The notes under the pieces are model-generated. The model did not search any database. It was not told the DNA's origin and worked only from the letters and a program-made list of their open reading frames with translations. Shown piece by piece: positions 51,269 through 60,994 of a DNA stretch of 64,000 bases. The stretch's first letter is position 1. Each line of letters opens with the position of its first letter. The position numbers and the translations under genes were made by a program. This DNA comes from a bacterium (GTDB lineage: Bacteria > SM23-31): positions 224,001 to 288,000 of the forward strand of contig OZ252239.1 of NCBI GenBank assembly GCA_965249485.1, in the 5' to 3' direction.

Positions 51269-52446
51269 TGATGGATATTCCGCGGATACAAAAAGCTCTT
51301 AATGAATTCAACTTTGACGGGTGGCTGCTTTACGATTTTCATGGTATTAACCCCATTGCAAACAGTCTCTTGAATTTGCCTGAGGAACTGCATGCGACAC
51401 GGCGGTATTTCTATTTTATTCCTGCGCACGGCGAGCCGAAAAAACTGGTCCACAGGATAGAATCACAGAATCTCGATACCTGTTCCGGAGAGAAACATGT
51501 TTACCTGAGCTGGCAGTCTTATAGAGAAGGACTTACTACTATTTTAAACGGACATCGTAGAATAGCGATGGAATATTCGCCTAATAATGCTATACCATAT
51601 ATATCCCGTGTTGATGCGGGGACAATCGAACTTGTGAGATCGCTCGATAAGGAAATCATCTCCTCGGCAGACCTTATTCAGGAAATCGAAGTGCGCCTTA
51701 CTGATGAGCAAATCGATTCCCATATTGTCGCGGCAAAACAGATTAGACAATTTATTTATAATGCCTTTGATGAGATTCATACACGTATAGTAAAACTGGG
51801 AGGAATCCGGGAGCATGCTGTTCAACAATTTCTTGTCCGGCGTCTCGGCGAACATAATCTCATTGCTGATCATCCTCCTATTGTTGCAGTCAATGCCAAT
51901 GCGGGCAATCCCCACTACGCACCGCCTGAACACGACAGTGCGTTTATCGGCCCAGACAATCTGGTGCTTATCGATCTCTGGGCTAAATTACCGAATGCCG
52001 GTTCTATCTATGCGGATATTACCTGGATGGGATATACAGGAGAAATTGTTCCAGAAGAATATGCACAAACGTTCGGCGTCGTGGCAAATGCACGTGACAA
52101 AGCATTTTCATTTATTCATGACCGATTTGCCGAAGAGAAACGGGTTATGGGGTGGGAAGTTGACGACGTTGCCCGAAATATCATTAGCAAAGCAGGATAT
52201 GGTGAAAATTTTATCCACCGGACAGGACATTCTGTAGGGGAAGATGTGCATGGGAACGGGACGAATCTCGACAATCTTGAGTCTCACGATGAGCGGAAAC
52301 TGCTGAGAAGTACCTGTGTCACCATTGAACCGGGAATCTATACCGACACCTATGGGATCAGGACAGAGATAAATGTTCTGATAACTCATGAGGGTGAGGT
52401 ACTCTGTACTGGTGGGGATCCGCAGCTGGAAATCGAAATCATATAA
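51268..52446 (+). CDS. M24 (Xaa-Pro) family peptidase
   Basis: IDLW...ADIT, HRTGHSVG, TIEPGIY, RTE metal ligands; TAATG-coupled to the symporter. Confidence 0.9.
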   Translation: MMDIPRIQKALNEFNFDGWLLYDFHGINPIANSLLNLPEELHATRRYFYFIPAHGEPKKLVHRIESQNLDTCSGEKHVYLSWQSYREGLTTILNGHRRIAMEYSPNNAIPYISRVDAGTIELVRSLDKEIISSADLIQEIEVRLTDEQIDSHIVAAKQIRQFIYNAFDEIHTRIVKLGGIREHAVQQFLVRRLGEHNLIADHPPIVAVNANAGNPHYAPPEHDSAFIGPDNLVLIDLWAKLPNAGSIYADITWMGYTGEIVPEEYAQTFGVVANARDKAFSFIHDRFAEEKRVMGWEVDDVARNIISKAGYGENFIHRTGHSVGEDVHGNGTNLDNLESHDERKLLRSTCVTIEPGIYTDTYGIRTEINVLITHEGEVLCTGGDPQLEIEII

Positions 52447-52518
52447 TGAAGTTTAAATCTGCAATAAATTTCGGATACGATCCTCCCACTCATTGCCCTG
52501 TCTGACGAATACAAGATA

Positions 52519-53019
52519 TTAAGGATTTTCGAGCTCTGCCTCGAGACTGTCGAACATCCGCTGTTCAATGATTCCATTTGAAAGCTGATCGCGCCACTTG
52601 TAATATGACATGAGTGACCGCGAATATTTGCTTAGATGCACCTCAAGCTGAACCGAAATCCCTTTACCCTCGTTTTCCATAACAGCAATAGCTATATCGT
52701 ACTTTGCTTTTTCAATGATCCTCTCACCCTTTTCAGGAAACAATGATGCTTGACCGAGTTCAGATTTAGGATTAAGCGGGATAAAATCGGTAATAATCAC
52801 GCCGCGCTCTTTATCGAACGTCTCAATATCGATATCCTGACTGGCAAGCACATTTACAAGTACGTCCCATACATCGTCAAACGGATAATTGAAATGACGA
52901 GTTTTCTGGTCCGGCATTACCGGCACAAACACTCTCGATTGCTCAGCTTCGCAGGCAGATAGCAAAAGTATTCCGACAATAATCGGGAAAATAACTATGG
53001 TTTTATCTCTTCGTCTCAA
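52519..53019 (-). CDS. Hypothetical lipoprotein (BamC-like fold possible)
   Basis: Lipobox LLSAC; DDVW...DKERGVIITDF segment reminiscent of helix-grip lipoproteins. Confidence 0.55.
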   Translation of the reverse strand: MRRRDKTIVIFPIIVGILLLSACEAEQSRVFVPVMPDQKTRHFNYPFDDVWDVLVNVLASQDIDIETFDKERGVIITDFIPLNPKSELGQASLFPEKGERIIEKAKYDIAIAVMENEGKGISVQLEVHLSKYSRSLMSYYKWRDQLSNGIIEQRMFDSLEAELENP

Positions 53020-53070
53020 GACGTTTCCCGTTTTGACATCCTGTTTTTTCGCTCTATTTAATGAGTATAC

Positions 53071-53109
53071 AACAAAGAAACCCGGAATGCAATAAGCAAT
53101 CCGGGTTTC
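53071..53109 (-). terminator. Probable terminator downstream of citrate synthase
   Basis: GAAACCCGGA...TCCGGGTTTC 10-bp stem followed by TTTGTT on the minus strand. Confidence 0.6.
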
Positions 53110-53202
53110 AATTACAAATTAGAAAGGAACATGTGCCAAATTATATTTTCACAGACGTTAAACCGATTAAGCAAATGTTTTCTCTTTATCGGTTTTTCCC
53201 AG

Positions 53203-54489
53203 TTATTTACCGCTACCTTTGACGAAGTCCTTAATCCAATTGCTACTAACAGATTTCGGTCTCGTAATTGGAGCTCCGACGATCCTGTTAACAATCAACT
53301 GGGAGAGCATACCCATAACGCGCGATACGCTGAACAAAACAGTGTAATACGAAAATTCTTTCAGTCCAAAATGGTAAAGCAGTGCTCCGGATGCAGCATC
53401 GACATTTGGCCAGATGCTCTTGGCTTTTCCTTGTTTCTTCAGCACATCCGGAATTGTTTCAAACATAAGCTCGACGGTTTTGAAGACCTCGTCATTAGAA
53501 CAAACACGTTTTCCGAAATCGAGAAATGCCGAATAACGTGGATCTGTAACACGAAGTACGGCATGGCCGTAACCCGGAATCACTTGACCGGCATTGAGCG
53601 TTTCCCATGCAAATTCTTCAAGCTGTGTTTTTGTAGGTGTTCCACCGTAACGCTCATTGATACTTAGAACGAATTTGAGACATTCCTGATTTGCAAGACC
53701 GTGAAGCGGCCCAGCAAGGCCGTTCAAACCAGCTGATACCGCGTAATATGCATCAGAGAGCGCTGAACCAACCGTGTGACACGAAAATGCACTGACATTT
53801 CCCCCTTCATGGTCGCTGTGGAGAACAAGATAGAGCCGAATCAGATCGGCAAAATCACCGTTTGGATCATCCACACCGAGCATATGAGCATAGTTGCCAC
53901 CCCAATCAAGGGATTTTTTGTAGGGAATGAGATCGCCCTTATTAAAATGAATCCGGTACACCGCAGCAGCAATACCGGGCAGCACAGCGAGTAAATTGAT
54001 TGCATCTTCGAGCATTGGTTTCCAGTAATCGTTCTTGTTCATGCCTTTTGCATACATTTTACTGAATGTTGAATCGCGTTCCATTGTCAGAATACCGGTA
54101 CTCAACATCGTCATCGGATGAGAATCATTCGGCATTTCCCGCAGTACATTGATAACATATTCAGGTACTTCTGCATGTCCGGAAAGATCATTAAAAAGTG
54201 CGCTGAGTGCACGTTTATCAGGAAGCTCACCTGTGCACAACAGATAAAATATTTCCTGAGGATACCTGTCAGCCAACTCACCTATTGGTATTCCCCGAAT
54301 TACCAGGCCACGATCCGGTTCTACTACAGAGGTGTCACATATCAATCCTTTGATACCCCGCATTCCCCCAAATGCCTGGGCAACGGTCACATCAGATATG
54401 ACCGTATCACCATGTTCTGCCAGTATCTGTTTTTTTTCCTCCCGTAATATACTAACGAGAGAGAGGAGCTTGTCCTGTAGCGTAACCAT
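53203..54489 (-). CDS. gltA: Citrate (Si)-synthase, eukaryote-like type
   Basis: GGMRGIKGL, LHSDHEGGNVSA, GLAGPLHGLANQE, PGYGHAVLR, WPNVDA. Confidence 0.93.
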   Translation of the reverse strand: MVTLQDKLLSLVSILREEKKQILAEHGDTVISDVTVAQAFGGMRGIKGLICDTSVVEPDRGLVIRGIPIGELADRYPQEIFYLLCTGELPDKRALSALFNDLSGHAEVPEYVINVLREMPNDSHPMTMLSTGILTMERDSTFSKMYAKGMNKNDYWKPMLEDAINLLAVLPGIAAAVYRIHFNKGDLIPYKKSLDWGGNYAHMLGVDDPNGDFADLIRLYLVLHSDHEGGNVSAFSCHTVGSALSDAYYAVSAGLNGLAGPLHGLANQECLKFVLSINERYGGTPTKTQLEEFAWETLNAGQVIPGYGHAVLRVTDPRYSAFLDFGKRVCSNDEVFKTVELMFETIPDVLKKQGKAKSIWPNVDAASGALLYHFGLKEFSYYTVLFSVSRVMGMLSQLIVNRIVGAPITRPKSVSSNWIKDFVKGSGK

Positions 54490-55055
54490 AACTTTTCTCC
54501 TTCAGATTTGAATATTTATTGTTGTAACATTGTTGAAAACGCAAAAATGTTTGCCACTCCCTTACTTATGAAACGTAGCGAAAGAAGTAGAAGTTCTAGA
54601 AAATACAGAATTAATACGGCTGATTGTGAAATAGTTCATTTGAAATTTATCTACAACAACTTCACAGTATCATCTATTACCTGCATGCCAGGCAGTGTTT
54701 TAGTGTTCAGAGCTAATCAGAAATAACAAGGAAAGTATAGCGTTATCGTATTGGAATGGGCGTATAAACATGCCCTCACTCTGTGGAGCTGAACTTCGAT
54801 ATGATTGTTTTATTAATATACTATTATTCTTAATTAAATACCAGAAAAATTTATAATCAAAAAAATTTGCCGCTTTCACTACATAACTTACTTTTTATCA
54901 CAAGACAACTGACCTGTATTATTCAAAAATTCCTTGCATGTTACTGTGATTTTGATTTTATTTTGGGTTCTTTTGTCCTGTTATTTGTACTGATATCGCC
55001 TATCAACCGTTTCCGGTTAAAGCAGGCGTTACTATTTTGTCAGAAAGGGAGTATT

Positions 55056-56876
55056 ATGAATAGATTTGCAGCAGTTTTTGCAGCACTTGTACTAATGAGC
55101 GTCAATATTTTTGCTCAAACACCGTGGAAAACATATGAGGTCGACCCCGTTACCGTTACGGCAACCCGGCTCGACGTTAAATATGCTGCAACACGGAACG
55201 TTTCAGTACTGACTCGCAGTGATATAATACAGCTTCCGGCACAGAATATTACGCAATTGATGAACTATGCGCTTGGAATTTCTATGAATGCCCGGGGAGC
55301 AGCCGGTATTCAGGCAGACCCGTCGCTTCGTGGCGCTGGTTTTGAGCAGATCCTTATTATGCTTGACGGCGTCAGAATGACTGATCCGCAGACCGGTCAC
55401 CACAATATAAACGTTCCCGTAACCCTCAACGATATTGAACGTATCGAAGTACTTCGTGGGCACGGTTCTGCACTGTACGGTCCGGATGCATTCGGAGGCG
55501 TTATCAACATTATCACACGAAACAGTGCCGATTCACGCTATACTATCGATATCAGCGGTGGATCGTTCGGGACCTTTAATGCGGGAGGCTCTTTCACAGC
55601 GAGCTCATCAGGATTGGGAGTACATCGTCTTTCGTTCGACTCGCAGGTCTCCGACGGATACGAAGATTTTAATCGACAGTACAGGATGAGAACAGCACAC
55701 TGGAAAAGCAGCCTTCCGGTAAATAAACACAAAATATCATTGTCCGGCGGCGTCGTTGAAAAGGACTTCGGCGCACAAGGATTTTACACAACAACCGGGC
55801 AGGAATATGAAGAAACCCGGTCGGTATATGCCGGAGTCAATACAATTTCGAATTTTTCCGACACATTTACCTCGACACTCAATCTCCATTTTAAACAGCA
55901 CAAAGATATGTGGACATTTTTCTATTTTGATCCATCAATATTTACTGCAAACCACACAACCCGGCGCTCAACTCTTGAGTGGACAGGCCGGTTTACGACA
56001 GAAAATGCAGGCAGTTTCACTATCGGTGCTGAAGGCAATCTTGTGAAAATCGAGAGCACAAGCCTCGGGAATCACGATAATGAACGTTATGCGTTTTTCG
56101 GTGAATACGGACAGAGTTTTTCCGACGATTTTCTTGTCAATGTGGGTTTCCGGATTGATAATCATTCTGAGTGGGGAACTGAATTAAATCCATCCCTTAG
56201 CTTCGGATATATAGTGAATCCAAGTCTTTTTCTCAAGTCGTCAATCGGTAGATCATTCAGAGCACCGACTTTTATCGAGCTCTATTCTCCACTGAACTCA
56301 TTTAACGAAGGAGACCCGACCCTCGAACCTGAACGTGCAATTAATTTCGATTCCGGAACAGAATATCAGATCGGCAGTGCTATTAACGGATCAACGACAT
56401 ACTACCGGCGCAGCCAGGACAATACGATCGATTGGAAATTGGTCGATGATCATTTCGAAGCTTTTACGTTTGTGGATGTAGTGTCGCAAGGTGTTGAACA
56501 GGAATTAAATATTACACCGAATACGGTTTTTTCATTGAAACTTGGCTATACCTATCTCCATCAAAATGTCGACAAGGATGATGTTGATTCACGTTATCTG
56601 TTTATTTATCCAAAGCACCATCTTTCTCTGACACCGAGATTTGCCATATCAGACAAACTCCATTTTTTGACGGCAATGAACTGGCGGGAACGGACTGCAA
56701 ATGCACCGAAAGGTGTTAACAATTCGTGGGCATTGGATGCACGCATCAGTTACCGGTTTGAAGATTTTACTTTTACTGTTGACGGGTTGAACCTTCTGGA
56801 TGAAGAGTATCAGGAAATCCGAAATGTGCCCATGCCCGGCCGCGCTGTTTACACACGGGTACGATTCTCTCTGTAA
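55056..56876 (+). CDS. TonB-dependent receptor (BtuB-like size)
   Basis: Signal peptide MNRFAAV...; VTVTATR TonB-box region; plug ERIEVLRGHGSALYGPDAFGGVINIIT; C-terminal NLLDEEY...PGR. Confidence 0.92.
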   Translation: MNRFAAVFAALVLMSVNIFAQTPWKTYEVDPVTVTATRLDVKYAATRNVSVLTRSDIIQLPAQNITQLMNYALGISMNARGAAGIQADPSLRGAGFEQILIMLDGVRMTDPQTGHHNINVPVTLNDIERIEVLRGHGSALYGPDAFGGVINIITRNSADSRYTIDISGGSFGTFNAGGSFTASSSGLGVHRLSFDSQVSDGYEDFNRQYRMRTAHWKSSLPVNKHKISLSGGVVEKDFGAQGFYTTTGQEYEETRSVYAGVNTISNFSDTFTSTLNLHFKQHKDMWTFFYFDPSIFTANHTTRRSTLEWTGRFTTENAGSFTIGAEGNLVKIESTSLGNHDNERYAFFGEYGQSFSDDFLVNVGFRIDNHSEWGTELNPSLSFGYIVNPSLFLKSSIGRSFRAPTFIELYSPLNSFNEGDPTLEPERAINFDSGTEYQIGSAINGSTTYYRRSQDNTIDWKLVDDHFEAFTFVDVVSQGVEQELNITPNTVFSLKLGYTYLHQNVDKDDVDSRYLFIYPKHHLSLTPRFAISDKLHFLTAMNWRERTANAPKGVNNSWALDARISYRFEDFTFTVDGLNLLDEEYQEIRNVPMPGRAVYTRVRFSL

Positions 56877-57024
56877 AAAATATGTTGTTCTTTGAGCTTT
56901 TAGTTCAAGGGAACTCTCGTCCGGTGTTGCGCATTCTATATAATGTACCAGCATGCTGATTTACCTGAAAATATTATGTCCGTCTCAAGTAACATAGAGG
57001 CGGCAAACGGACGACTGTATACTT

Positions 57025-60000
57025 ATGGACACATCCGGATATTACAATACATTTATTGACAGACTGAACCGGCTGAAAAAGCTGGAACAAACGATATGGA
57101 TTGTAACACATCTGCTACGGCTTTTTCTAATAGCCGGACCGGTGTGTGCGGCAGGTCTGGCAATTGAGTACTATCTATGGCTTCCGGTGCCTTACAGGAT
57201 TCTTGTCAGCATTGTAATAGCATGTGCTGGGTGCGGCGCCATTGTATTCCATGTCTACCAAATCATCAAGGCGTATACCGGTAAGGAAAAACGGTTTTCG
57301 TTCGAATCTATTTCGAGAAATGTCGGAAATACCTTCCCGGAAATAAATGACAAATTGTTGAACGGGATGCAGTTATTCGGAGAGCTTTCATCTCCAAAGC
57401 TGCACACTTCACCTGCACTCATCAATGAGGCAATGGACCGGATCGGGCACGAGTTCGGTTCATACGACTTCAAAAAAAGTATCGATTACCGTAAAATTCG
57501 CTCACTGGGAAAATATTCAGTGGTTTTTTCTCTTATCGCAGTTTTCCCGATGCTATTTAGCTCCGGCGCGTTAATTCAATCGGCAGACCGCCTTGTCCAT
57601 CCCGCAAATTTTTATCCAGTACCTACATCGTATTCATTCAATGTTTTTCCAGGATCAGTTGAACTGATTCGAGGAGAACAGCTGCAAATCGCTGTACGAG
57701 TTGACGGCACTGATCCGGGCGATATTCTTCTACATACACAACAAGAAGGCAATACTTTTACCGAATCACACACTTCGGAAAGCAGCACTACCGGACGGTA
57801 TACCTTCGACTTTCCTCAAGTCAACACTCCATTCGACTACTATGTGACAGGATACGACGATGAACGGTCTCTTATCGGAAGAACCATCGTATCGGAATCT
57901 TTTACAGTATCAGTTGTTCACCGGCCAATGGTTAGAATGATGAAAGTACTTCTTGAGCGACCTGAGTATACCGGAATTGGCGGCAATTTTCTTGAAGACA
58001 ATATCGGAGATATTGCTGCGCTGAAAGGGACACAAGTCAGGATCGATCTTATTCTGAATAAACCGGTCGCGGAAGCACTCATTCAATTTAACGAGGGAAG
58101 TACACTTCCTCTGACCGTCAGCGGCTCAAACGCGACCGGCACATTTGCTATTACCCAATCGAAGCGGTATACAGTTCAGCTCAAGGACAGAGACGGAATA
58201 ACGAATAGTGAACCTATCGAATACAGAATTACCGCTCTCGATGATGCATATCCGTTTATCCAGTTACTGCGCCCAGGTGATGATACCGATCTTACCGACG
58301 ATCGGCAGGTGATTCTCGGTTTGAAGATCAGCGACGATTACGGAATTTCCCGTCTCAGGCTCGGTTACCGTATCGAAGAATCGGGGACTTCTCAGGAAAC
58401 TGCTGAACCTGATATAGAGCACAATGACAATAATTTCACGTATTTAGATTTACCATTTGAAAGACGCAGCGGAGCTGTGCAAGACATTCACTTTCTGTGG
58501 GATTTGAAACAGATTCAATTATTTCCCGAGGAACAGATTACCTATTTCGCGGATGTGTTCGATAATGATGCGGTTTCCGGCCCGAAACATACCCGGTCTC
58601 GCTTCTTCCGCCTACGGCTGCCGTCACTGAACGAGCTATTTTCTCAGGCCTCTGAAGTTCAGGAAGAGCAGGAAGAAAAGCTTGAGGAAATTGTTGAGGA
58701 GAGTCGAGAACTTCAGAATGATTTGACTGAATTGACTCGAGAATATTTGAAATCGGAGAAGCTTGACTGGGAACAGCAGCAAAAAATTGAAGAAGCAATA
58801 CGCAAACAAGAAGAAATTCAGAAAACCGTTGAAGAGATAAAGAAAGAGATTGAAGACCTGACCCAAAAGTTTGAACAGAATGATCTTCTTTCTGCGCAGA
58901 CACTCGATAAATACAAGGAACTTCAAGAGCTTTTAAGGGAGCTAATATCTCCCGAACTGCAGGAAATGCTCCAATCCCTGCAAAAATCAATGGAGCAAGA
59001 AGGATCGCTTGATGAAAAGCAGCAGGAGATTTCCAACTTCCGGGCAGCACAGGAGGAATTTCTTGAACGCGTCGACCGGACACTTAAACTGCTCAGAAAA
59101 CTTCAAGCTGAACAAATGATTGACGAGATCGTCACACGGATCGAAACAATTACCCGCACACAACAGGCGATTAACAGTGAACTTTCATTGCTTGAAAACA
59201 GTGAATCTTCTTCTTCGCAGCAATCGGTGCAAAATTCTCTTGCACAACAGGAAAGCAACCTTGCACTGGATACCGATAATTTACAGCATGCAATTGAAAA
59301 TGTCTTAGAAAAAGCAATTGAACAACCTGATATTCCGGCAGACCAACTCGGTCACATGTTTGAATCGATAGAACGGCAAGAAATATCTGACAGAATGGAC
59401 CAAATGAGCGGAGCCATCAGGGAAGATGACATTGTAGCATCTCGTGAGTCAGGTGAAGGAATTTCTCAGGATCTTGAGGCGATCGAGAACGGCCTTAGGG
59501 CTGTTCAGCAGGAAATGGCCAATTCCATGAAAGATGAAATTGTCCGGGAAATGCGGAAATCCGCATCAAACCTTCTTCAACTCTCGAAAAATCAGGAGAC
59601 GGCTAAAACGAGCAGTAGCTCTCTTACACCAAACAGTAACAACTACACAATTATTGCCGATAAGCAACTGAATATTCTGTCTGGTCTTACGCGTGTCATT
59701 AAAGATCTTGTAGAGCTTTCGGAAAAGACATTTTTTATCCCGCCGGAGCTAGGGAAAAGTATTACCCAATCGATGCGTTCGATGCAAGAGTCAATAGCTA
59801 AGCTTGAAGCTCGGGATAAAATCGGAACCATTTCACAGCAGACTCAATCGCTTCAGGGGCTTAATGAGTCGATTGATATCCTCAGGTCGACCATCAGTCA
59901 GGCACAAAACTCACAAACAGGCATCGGATTTAATGAGTATCTAGAGAGAATGGGACAGCTCTCTGGTGCGCAGGGAAGTGTCAATGAGCTAACATTGCCG

Positions 60001-60465
60001 CTATCGCAGGGACAGGGATATTCGCAAAATGAAATGGCCGCACTGCAGCGATTAAAAAGAGATCAGCAATTAATACAAAAGAGCCTTGAAGATTTACAGA
60101 GGGAAATGCAAGGACAGGAAGGTTTGCGATCACGGCTCAACAACATGAGTTCTGAAATGCAGGAAATTATAAACGATTTGGAAAATGTGAACATCACCGA
60201 ACGTACCGTGCGGCTGCAGCAGCGTATTCTTTCACGAATGCTTGACGCGCAGCGTTCGGTTCATCGACGGGATTTCAGCAAAAAAAGAGAAGCAGAAACC
60301 GCACAGGAATATGACGCTGTTGATCCGGGAATGCTTCCTGAAAATCTTGGAGAGGGTTCGAATATTCTTGAGGAACGACTCATGAATGCGCTCCGAGAAG
60401 GTTATAAGAGAGATTTTGAGGAGTTAATCAGAAACTATTTTGAGCAATTGAATAAGCAGGAATGA
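57025..60465 (+). CDS. DUF4175-like membrane-anchored coiled-coil protein
   Basis: 3 N-terminal TMs, Ig-like segment, SDDYGIS, DNDAVSGPK, long Q/E-rich coiled coil, ILSRMLDAQRS. Confidence 0.75.
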   Translation: MDTSGYYNTFIDRLNRLKKLEQTIWIVTHLLRLFLIAGPVCAAGLAIEYYLWLPVPYRILVSIVIACAGCGAIVFHVYQIIKAYTGKEKRFSFESISRNVGNTFPEINDKLLNGMQLFGELSSPKLHTSPALINEAMDRIGHEFGSYDFKKSIDYRKIRSLGKYSVVFSLIAVFPMLFSSGALIQSADRLVHPANFYPVPTSYSFNVFPGSVELIRGEQLQIAVRVDGTDPGDILLHTQQEGNTFTESHTSESSTTGRYTFDFPQVNTPFDYYVTGYDDERSLIGRTIVSESFTVSVVHRPMVRMMKVLLERPEYTGIGGNFLEDNIGDIAALKGTQVRIDLILNKPVAEALIQFNEGSTLPLTVSGSNATGTFAITQSKRYTVQLKDRDGITNSEPIEYRITALDDAYPFIQLLRPGDDTDLTDDRQVILGLKISDDYGISRLRLGYRIEESGTSQETAEPDIEHNDNNFTYLDLPFERRSGAVQDIHFLWDLKQIQLFPEEQITYFADVFDNDAVSGPKHTRSRFFRLRLPSLNELFSQASEVQEEQEEKLEEIVEESRELQNDLTELTREYLKSEKLDWEQQQKIEEAIRKQEEIQKTVEEIKKEIEDLTQKFEQNDLLSAQTLDKYKELQELLRELISPELQEMLQSLQKSMEQEGSLDEKQQEISNFRAAQEEFLERVDRTLKLLRKLQAEQMIDEIVTRIETITRTQQAINSELSLLENSESSSSQQSVQNSLAQQESNLALDTDNLQHAIENVLEKAIEQPDIPADQLGHMFESIERQEISDRMDQMSGAIREDDIVASRESGEGISQDLEAIENGLRAVQQEMANSMKDEIVREMRKSASNLLQLSKNQETAKTSSSSLTPNSNNYTIIADKQLNILSGLTRVIKDLVELSEKTFFIPPELGKSITQSMRSMQESIAKLEARDKIGTISQQTQSLQGLNESIDILRSTISQAQNSQTGIGFNEYLERMGQLSGAQGSVNELTLPLSQGQGYSQNEMAALQRLKRDQQLIQKSLEDLQREMQGQEGLRSRLNNMSSEMQEIINDLENVNITERTVRLQQRILSRMLDAQRSVHRRDFSKKREAETAQEYDAVDPGMLPENLGEGSNILEERLMNALREGYKRDFEELIRNYFEQLNKQE

Positions 60466-60484
60466 CAAAGCCGTACGTATAAGT

Positions 60485-60814
60485 TCAGTCTTTTACGTTA
60501 ACCTGGGTAATCCCTGTCTGATCAAGCAGGCGGTTTAGTTTGTCGATGTAGGTATTGAATTCTTTTTGGCGAATCATTTGAATATTATTCTCGATCTGTT
60601 TTAGCTTATTCGCCAGGAGAAGCAGGTCTTCACGCCGTTTGCCTTTTTCAAGGGGTAGTTCTTCCTGCTGTGCATTGAGAATTTTGATTTTTTGAGAGAG
60701 AGAAGTAATATTTTTCTGCATAATTCGATGCATGATGAAATAAGAGATGACACTGCCAAACAGCAGTCCGATTCCAAGAACCAATATTAAAAGTTGTATT
60801 GTGTATATATCCAT
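60485..60814 (-). CDS. Hypothetical membrane-anchored coiled-coil protein
   Basis: N-terminal TM followed by heptad-rich sequence; fills the gap between genes. Confidence 0.5.
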   Translation of the reverse strand: MDIYTIQLLILVLGIGLLFGSVISYFIMHRIMQKNITSLSQKIKILNAQQEELPLEKGKRREDLLLLANKLKQIENNIQMIRQKEFNTYIDKLNRLLDQTGITQVNVKD

Positions 60815-60994
60815 TACTATAAATACCTTTTATACATTAGTTTAACAACTTTAGCAGACCTGTAGTTTCAGAATATTTACTAAAACATAATATAAATGTT
60901 TTTTTATTTCAACGCAATTATTAATTTTGCAACTTTTCTGGGTATTATTAATAATCTCATAAAAAATCAGAATTAAACATTTAGTACATAATAA

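Noticed and set aside
54624..54641. Rex-like TTGTGAAATAGTTCATTT upstream of citrate synthase
   Set aside because: The right half-site has 3 mismatches in AT-rich DNA; too weak to call.
54490..55055. Cobalamin riboswitch before the TonB-dependent receptor
   Set aside because: No GGGAA or GCCACTG/B12-box elements could be placed by eye; the region is AT-rich and promoter-like. An Rfam scan would settle it.
54867..55055. Extended N-termini from the ORF track (TonB receptor; likewise nuoG, nuoF, nuoK, acpP, fabD, sdhA, sdhB)
   Set aside because: Downstream ATGs give family-typical starts, signal peptides or Shine-Dalgarno sites.
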